Shown here piece by piece: positions 58,055 to 64,000 of a stretch of DNA of 64,000 bases; positions within the stretch are counted from its first letter, which is position 1, and every line of letters starts with the position of its first letter. The stretch spans positions 128,650,001-128,714,000 of the forward strand of contig NC_091993.1 in the NCBI RefSeq assembly GCF_044704955.1, read 5' to 3'. Both the position numbers and the translations under genes were made by a program. Below the pieces are notes generated by a model, which was not told the DNA's origin, did no database searches, and saw only the letters and a program-made list of their open reading frames with translations. This stretch comes from Pristiophorus japonicus. Lineage: Eukaryota.

Positions 58055-58587
58055 AGAGTCAGACCCAGCGTGTGTGACACCCATCGGGTGCTGTGAGAGG
58101 AGGCGGAGTCAAACCCAGCGTGTGTGACACCCATCGGGTGCTGTGAGAGGAGACGGAGAATGCAAAGCCCCCAATATGACACCCATCGGGTGCTGTGAGA
58201 GGAAGCGGAATCAAACCCAACGTGTGTGACACCCATCGGGTGCTGTGAGAGGAGGCGGAGTCAAACCCAACATGTGTGACACCCATCGGGTGCTGTGAGA
58301 GGAGGCGGAGAATGCAAAGCCCCCATGTGACACCCATCGGGTGCTGTGAGAGGAGACGGAGAATGCAAAGCCCCCAATGTGACACCCATTGGGTGCTGTG
58401 AGAGGAGGCGAAGAATGCAAAGCCCCCAATGTGACACCCATCGGGTGCTGTGAGAGGAGGCGGAGAATGCAAAGCCCCCAATGTGACACCCATCGGGTGC
58501 TGTGGGAGGAGGCGGAGAATGCAAGAGAATGTGACACCCATCGGGTGCTGTGAGAGGAGGCGGAGAATGCAAGAGAATGTGACGCCC
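58055..58587. repeat. 48-52-bp minisatellite with constant 34-nt core, ~10 units
   Basis: GTGACACCCATCGGGTGCTGTGAGAGGAGGCGGAG plus three alternative 3' segments. Confidence 0.94.
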
Positions 58588-58889
58588 TTACACTTGGCCC
58601 AGCGGAAACTCTTTGCACATTTCTGGGAGCAAACTCGAGCTTCAGCATCATCCTTACATCTCAACCGATCTCATCATCCCTCCTACTCTTTCCTCTCTTG
58701 CTATCTGTCTTGCTCCACACAGAGGCCCCTCTGTGTTATGGGATCAAACGACATTGTCAGGAAGCAGATGAGCTCACGATGATACAGAGGCAGAAGTGGA
58801 CAGGCTGATTGCTTGCAGAATGTGGCTGGAACAAGCCATCTCTTCAGGCGTTAAAACAGTACAGGCATTTAATGGGAGGCTAGATAACA

Positions 58890-59776
58890 ACACCAGTGTC
58901 CCTGACGACTACATGTGCGGGAAGTGTGTCCACCTCCGGCTACTGACGGTCCGCGTTGCGGAGTTGGAGCTGAAGGTGGATTCACTCTGGAGCATCCACG
59001 ATGCTGAGAATGACGTGAGTATCACGTGTAGCGAGTTGGTCTTACTGCAGGAGAAGGGTCCACAGCCAGCGAGGGAATGGAAGACCAGCAGGAAGAGTAG
59101 TGCAAGGAAGGTAGTGCAGGGGTCCCCTGTGGTCATCCCCCTGCAAAACAGATACACCGCTTTGAGTACTGTTGAGGGGGATGACTCATCAGGGGAGGGC
59201 AGCAGCAGCCAAGTTCATGGCACCGTGGCTGGCTCTGTTGCACAGGAGGGCAGGAAAAAGAGTGGAAGAGCGATAGTGATAGGGGATTCAATTGTAAGGG
59301 GAATAGATAGGCGTTTCTGCGGCCGCAACCGAGACTCCAGGATGGTATGTTGCCTCCCTGGTGCAAGGGTCAAGGATGTCTCGGAGCGGGTGGAGGACAT
59401 TCTAAAAAGGGAGGGAGAACAGCCAGTTGTCATGGTGCACGTTGGTACCAATGACATAGGTAAAAAAAGGGATGAGTTCCTACGAAATGAATTTAAGGAG
59501 CTAGGAGCTAAATTAAAAAGTAGGACCTCAAAAGTAGTAATCTCGGGATTGCTACCAGTGCCACGTGCTAGTCAGAGTAGGAATCGCAGGATAGCTCAGA
59601 TGAATACGTGGCTTGAGCAATGGTGCAGCAGGGAGGGATTCAAATTCCTGGGGCATTGGAACCGGTTCTGGGGGAGGTGGGACCAGTACAATCCGGACGG
59701 TCTGCACCTGGGCAGAATCGGAACCAATGTCCTCGGGGGAGTGTTTGCTAGTGCTGTTGGGGAGGAGTTAAACTAA
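58890..59776 (+). CDS. CR1 ORF1p (partial Zn-finger/leucine zipper + SGNH esterase domain), N-terminus missing
   Basis: YMCGKC...LELKVDSL; IVIGDS, LPGA, VHVGTND and DGLHL blocks. Confidence 0.9.
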
Positions 59777-59853
59777 TATGGCAGGGGGATGGGAACCAAT
59801 GCAGGGAGATAGAGGGAAACAAAAAGGAGGCAAAAACAAAAGACAGAAAGGAG

Positions 59854-62752
59854 ATGAGGAAAAGTGGAGGGCAGAGAAACCCAAGGCAAAGAACAAAAAG
59901 GGCCATTGTACAGCAAAATTCTAAAAGGACAGAGGGTGTTAAAAAAACAAGCCTAAAGGCTTTGTGTCTTAATGCAAGGAGTATCCGCAATAAGGTGGAT
60001 GAATTAACTGTGCAAATAGATGTTAACAAATATGATGTGATTGGGATTACGGAGACGTGGCTCCAGGATGAGCAGGGCTGGGAACTCAACATCCAGGGGT
60101 ATTCAACATTCAGGAAGGATAGAATAAAAGGAAAAGGAGGTGGGGTAGCATTGCTGGTTAAGGAGGAGATTAAGGCAATAGTTAGGAAGGACATTAGCTT
60201 GGATGATGTGGAATCTATATGGGTAGAGCTGCAGAACACCAAAGGGCAAAAAACGTTAGTGGGAGTTGTGTACAGACCTCCAAACAGTAGTAGTGATGTT
60301 GGGGAGGGCATCAAACAGGAAATTAGGGGTGCGTGCAATAAAGGTGCAGCAGTTATAATGGGTGACTTTAATATGCACATAGATTGGGCTAACCAAACTG
60401 GAAGCAATACGGTGGAGGAGGATTTTCTGGAGTGCATAAGGGATGGTTTTTTAGACCAATATGTCGAGGAACCAACTAGGGGGGAGGCCATCTTAGACTG
60501 GGTGTTATGTAATGAGAAAGGATTAATTAGCAATCTCGTTGTGCGAGGCCCCTTGGGGAAGAGTGACCATAATATGGTGGAATTCTGCATTAGGATGGAG
60601 AATGAAACAGTTAATTCAGAGACCATGGTCCAGAACTTAAAGAAGGCTAACTTTGAAGGTATGAGGCGTGAATTGGCTGAGATGGATTGGCGAATGATAC
60701 TGAGGGGGTTGACTGTGGATGGGCAATGGCAGACATTTAGAGACCGCATGGATGAACTACAACAATTGTACATTCCTGTCTGGCATAGAAATAAAAAAGG
60801 GAAGGTGGCTCAACCGTGGCTATCAAGGGAAATCAGGGATAGTATTAAAGCCAAGGAAGTGGCATACAAATTGGCCAGAAATAGCAGCGAACCTGGGGAC
60901 TGGGAGAAATTTAGAACTCAGCAGAGGAGGACAAAGGGTTTGATTAGGGCAGGGAAAATGGAGTATGAGAAGAAGCTTGCAGGGAACATTAAGACGGATT
61001 GCAAAAGTTTCTATAGATATGTAAAGAGAAAAAGGTTAGTAAAGACAAATGTAGGTCCCCTGCAGTCAGAATCAGGGGAAGTCATAACGGGGAACAAAGA
61101 AATGGCGGACCAATTGAACAAGTACTTTGGTTCGGTATTCACGAAGGAGGACACGAACAACCTTCCGGTTATAAAAGGGGTCGGGGGGTCTAGTAAGGAG
61201 GAGGAACTGAGGGAAATCCTTATTAGCCGGGAAATTGTGTTGGGGAAATTGATGGGATTGAAGGCCGATAAATCCCCAGGGCCTGCATCCCAGAGTACTT
61301 AAGGAGGTGGCCTTGGAAATAGTGGATGCGTTGACAGTCATTTTCCAACATTCCATGGACTCTGGATCAGTTCCTATGGAGTGGAGGGTAGCCAATGTAA
61401 CCCCACTTTTTAAAAAAGGAGGGAGAGAGAAAACAGGGAATTATAGACCGGTCAGCCTGACATCGGTAGTGGGTAAAATGATGGAATCAATTATTAAGGA
61501 TGTCATAGCAGTGCATTTGGAAAGAGGTGACATGATAGGTCCAAGTCAGCATGGATTTGTGAAAGGGAAATCATGCTTGACAAATCTTCTGGAATTTTTT
61601 GAGGATGTTTCCAGTAGAGTGGATAAGGGAGAACCAGTTGATGTGGTATATTTGGACTTTCAGAAGGCGTTCGACAAGGTCCCACACAAGAGATTGATGT
61701 GCAAAGTTAGAGCACATGGGATTGGGGGTAGTGTACTGACATGGATTGAGAACTGGTTGTCAGACAGGAAGCAAAGAGTAGGAGTAAATGGGTACTTTTC
61801 AGAATGGCAGGCAGTGACTAGTGGGGTACCGCAAGGTTCTGTGCTGGGGCCCCAGCTGTTTACACTGTACATTAATGATTTAGATGAGAGGATTAAATGT
61901 AGTATCTCCAAATTTGCGGATGACACTAAGTTGGGTGGCAGTGTGAGCTGCGAGGAGGATGCTGTGAGGCTGCAGAGCGACTTGGATAGGTTAGGTGAGT
62001 GGGCAAATGCATGGCAGATGAAGTATAATGTGGATAAATGTGAGGTTATCCACTTTGGTGGTAAAAACAGAGAGACAGACTATTATCTGAATGGTGACAG
62101 ATTAGGAAAAGGGGAGGTGCAAAGAGACCTGGGTGTCATGGTACATCAGTCATTGAAGGTTGGCATGCAGGTGCAGCAGGCGGTTAAGAAAGCAAATGGC
62201 ATGTTGGCCTTCATAGCAAGGGGATTTGAGTACAGGGGCAGGGAGGTGTTGCTACAGTTGTACAGGGCATTGGTGAGGCCACACCTGGAGTATTGTGTAC
62301 AGTTTTGGTCTCCTAACCTGAGGAAGGACATTCTTGCTATTGAGGGAGTGCAGCGAAGGTTCACCAGACTGATTCCCGGGATGGCGGGACTGACCTATCA
62401 AGAAAGACTGGATCAACTGGGCTTGTATTCACTGGAGTTCAGAAGAATGAGAGGGGACCTCATAGAAACATATAAAATTCTGACGGGGTTAGACAGGTTA
62501 GATGCAGGAAGAATGTTCCCAATGTTGGGGAAGTCCAGAACCAGGGGTCACAGTCTAAGGATAAGGGGTAAGCCATTTAGGACCGAGATGCGGAGGAACT
62601 TCTTCACCCAGAGAGTGGTGAACCTGTGGAATTCTCTACCACAGAAAGTTGTTGAGGCCAATTCACTAAATATATTCAAAAAGGAGTTAGATGAGGTCCT
62701 TACTGCTAGGGGGATCAAGGGGTATGGCGAGAAAGCAGGAATGGGGTACTGA
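59854..62752 (+). pseudogene. CR1 ORF2p (APE endonuclease + RT) with a single frameshift at ~61285
   Basis: ORFs 59854-61302 and 61307-62752. An 8-nt deletion is seen relative to the copies at 1-1053 and 33727-36848. Confidence 0.93.
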
Positions 62753-62850
62753 AGTTGAATGTTCAGCCATGAACTCATTGAATGGCGGTGCAGGCTAGAA
62801 GGGCCGAATGGCCTACTCCTGCACCTATTTTCTATGTTTCTATGTTTCTA

Positions 62851-63392
62851 AACAACAACAACACAACAACTTGTATTTATATAGCGCCTTTAACATAGTG
62901 AAATGTCCCAAGGTGCTTCACAGGAGTGTTATGAGCTTAAAAAAATTAACCCGAGGCGCATAAGTAGAAATTAGCGCAGGTGACCAAAAGCTTGGTCAAA
63001 GAGTTAGGTTTTAAGGAGGAAAGAGAGGTAGAGAGGTTTAGGGAGGGAGTACCAGAGCTTGGGTCCCAGGCAGCTGAAGGCATGGCCACCGATGGTGGAG
63101 CGATTATAATCAGGGATGCTCAAGAGGGCAGAATTGGAGGAGTGCAGACATCTTGGGGTTTTGAGGGGCTGGAGGAGATTACAGAGATAGGGAGGGGCGA
63201 GGTCATGGAGGGATTTGAAAATGAGGATGAGAATCTTGAAATTGAGGCGTTGCTTAACTGGAAGCCAATGTAGATCAGCGAGCACAGGGAGTGATGGGTG
63301 AGCGGGACTTGGTGCCAGTTAGGACACGGGCAGCCGAGTTTTGGATCATCTTTAGTTTACGGAGGGTAGAATGTGGGAGGCCAGCCAGGAGT
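62851..63392 (-). mobile_element. L2-clade LINE 3' fragment
   Basis: LADLHWLPVKQRLNFKILILIFKSLHDLAPPYL is a typical L2 ORF2 C-terminus. (CAA)n tail at the left end. Confidence 0.9.
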
Positions 63393-63589
63393 GCATGAGG
63401 GAGAAAGGAATAGAAGGATATGGTGATGGGGTGAGATGAAGAGGGAGGGGAGGGGGCTGGTGTGGAGCATAAACCCCGGCACGGAGCGGTGGGGCCCAGT
63501 GACCTGTTTCTGTGCCGGACACTCTCTGTAATTCTATGGATTCCCAGATTGAGCTCCTAGGAGTTGAGAGGCGAACATTGAAGCCATTG

Positions 63590-64000
63590 GGTGGCATTCT
63601 CATCTCTGGGTCAGAAGGTCAAATCCCACAACAATCAGCCGAGATTGTTCTGGGACTTGACCACAACAATCTAGGCTGACACTTCAGTGCAGTGCTGAGG
63701 GAGAGCTGCACTGTCGGAGGGGCAGTACTGAGGGAGCGCCACACTGTCGGAGGGGCAGTACTGAGGGAGTGCCACACTGTCGGAGGGGCAGTACTGAGGG
63801 AGTGCCACACGGTCGGAGGGGCAGTACTGAGGGAGTGCCACACTGTCGGAGGGGCAGTACTGTGGGAGCGCCGCACTGTCAGAGGGGCAGTACTGAGGGA
63901 GTGCCACACTGTCAGAGGGGCAGTACTGTGGGAGCGCCGCAGTCAGAGGGGCAGTACTGAGGGAGTGCCACACTGTCGGAGGGGCAGTACTGTGGGAGCG
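63590..64000 (+). mobile_element. DeuSINE with 33-bp array (at least 9 units), runs off window
   Basis: CTAGGCTGACACTTCAGTGCAG followed by the array. Confidence 0.88.

Larger units (their letters stand above)
58890..62850 (+). mobile_element. Near full-length young CR1 LINE (5'-truncated within ORF1)
   Basis: ORF1 remnant, ORF2, 3' UTR and (TTCTATGT)n tail. AACAAC occurs on both flanks. Confidence 0.96.

Noticed and set aside
40000-64000. MDFI-like Cys-rich last exon expected from mammalian synteny
   Set aside because: No Cys-rich I-mfa domain found by eye on either strand within the window.

Overview
Repeat-dense vertebrate DNA. The repeat families (DeuSINE/SacSINE1-type SINEs, esterase-ORF1 CR1 LINEs, L2, Penelope-like) point to a cartilaginous fish, which is an inference. 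The only host gene I can support is the 3' part of a MiT/TFE bHLH-Zip gene, most likely TFEB, on the + strand. Seven coding exons (2491-2748, 3510-3605, 16274-16379, ~23149-23199, 25224-25299, 26962-27109, 28399-28803) splice in frame to a TGA at 28801-28803. The 5' exons lie upstream of the window. The rest is retroposons, including three near-identical young CR1 copies, and at least a dozen minisatellite types, several visibly seeded by retroposon segments. Most interesting: (1) a hidden exon at 8463/8465-8554 that is either an in-frame alternative first exon giving an N-truncated TFEB or a poison exon; (2) the homologous acceptor of the basic-region exon reads AC instead of AG and lies just downstream of a tandem hairpin array; (3) an LTR-like repeat carrying CLEAR/M-box motifs occurs three times inside TFEB introns; (4) degenerate minimal hammerhead ribozymes in Penelope-like ends; (5) repeated birth of minisatellites from SINE and LINE segments. 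Exon borders were counted by hand. Repeat borders are approximate. Comparisons with human proteins and repeat consensus sequences are from memory, not from a search.
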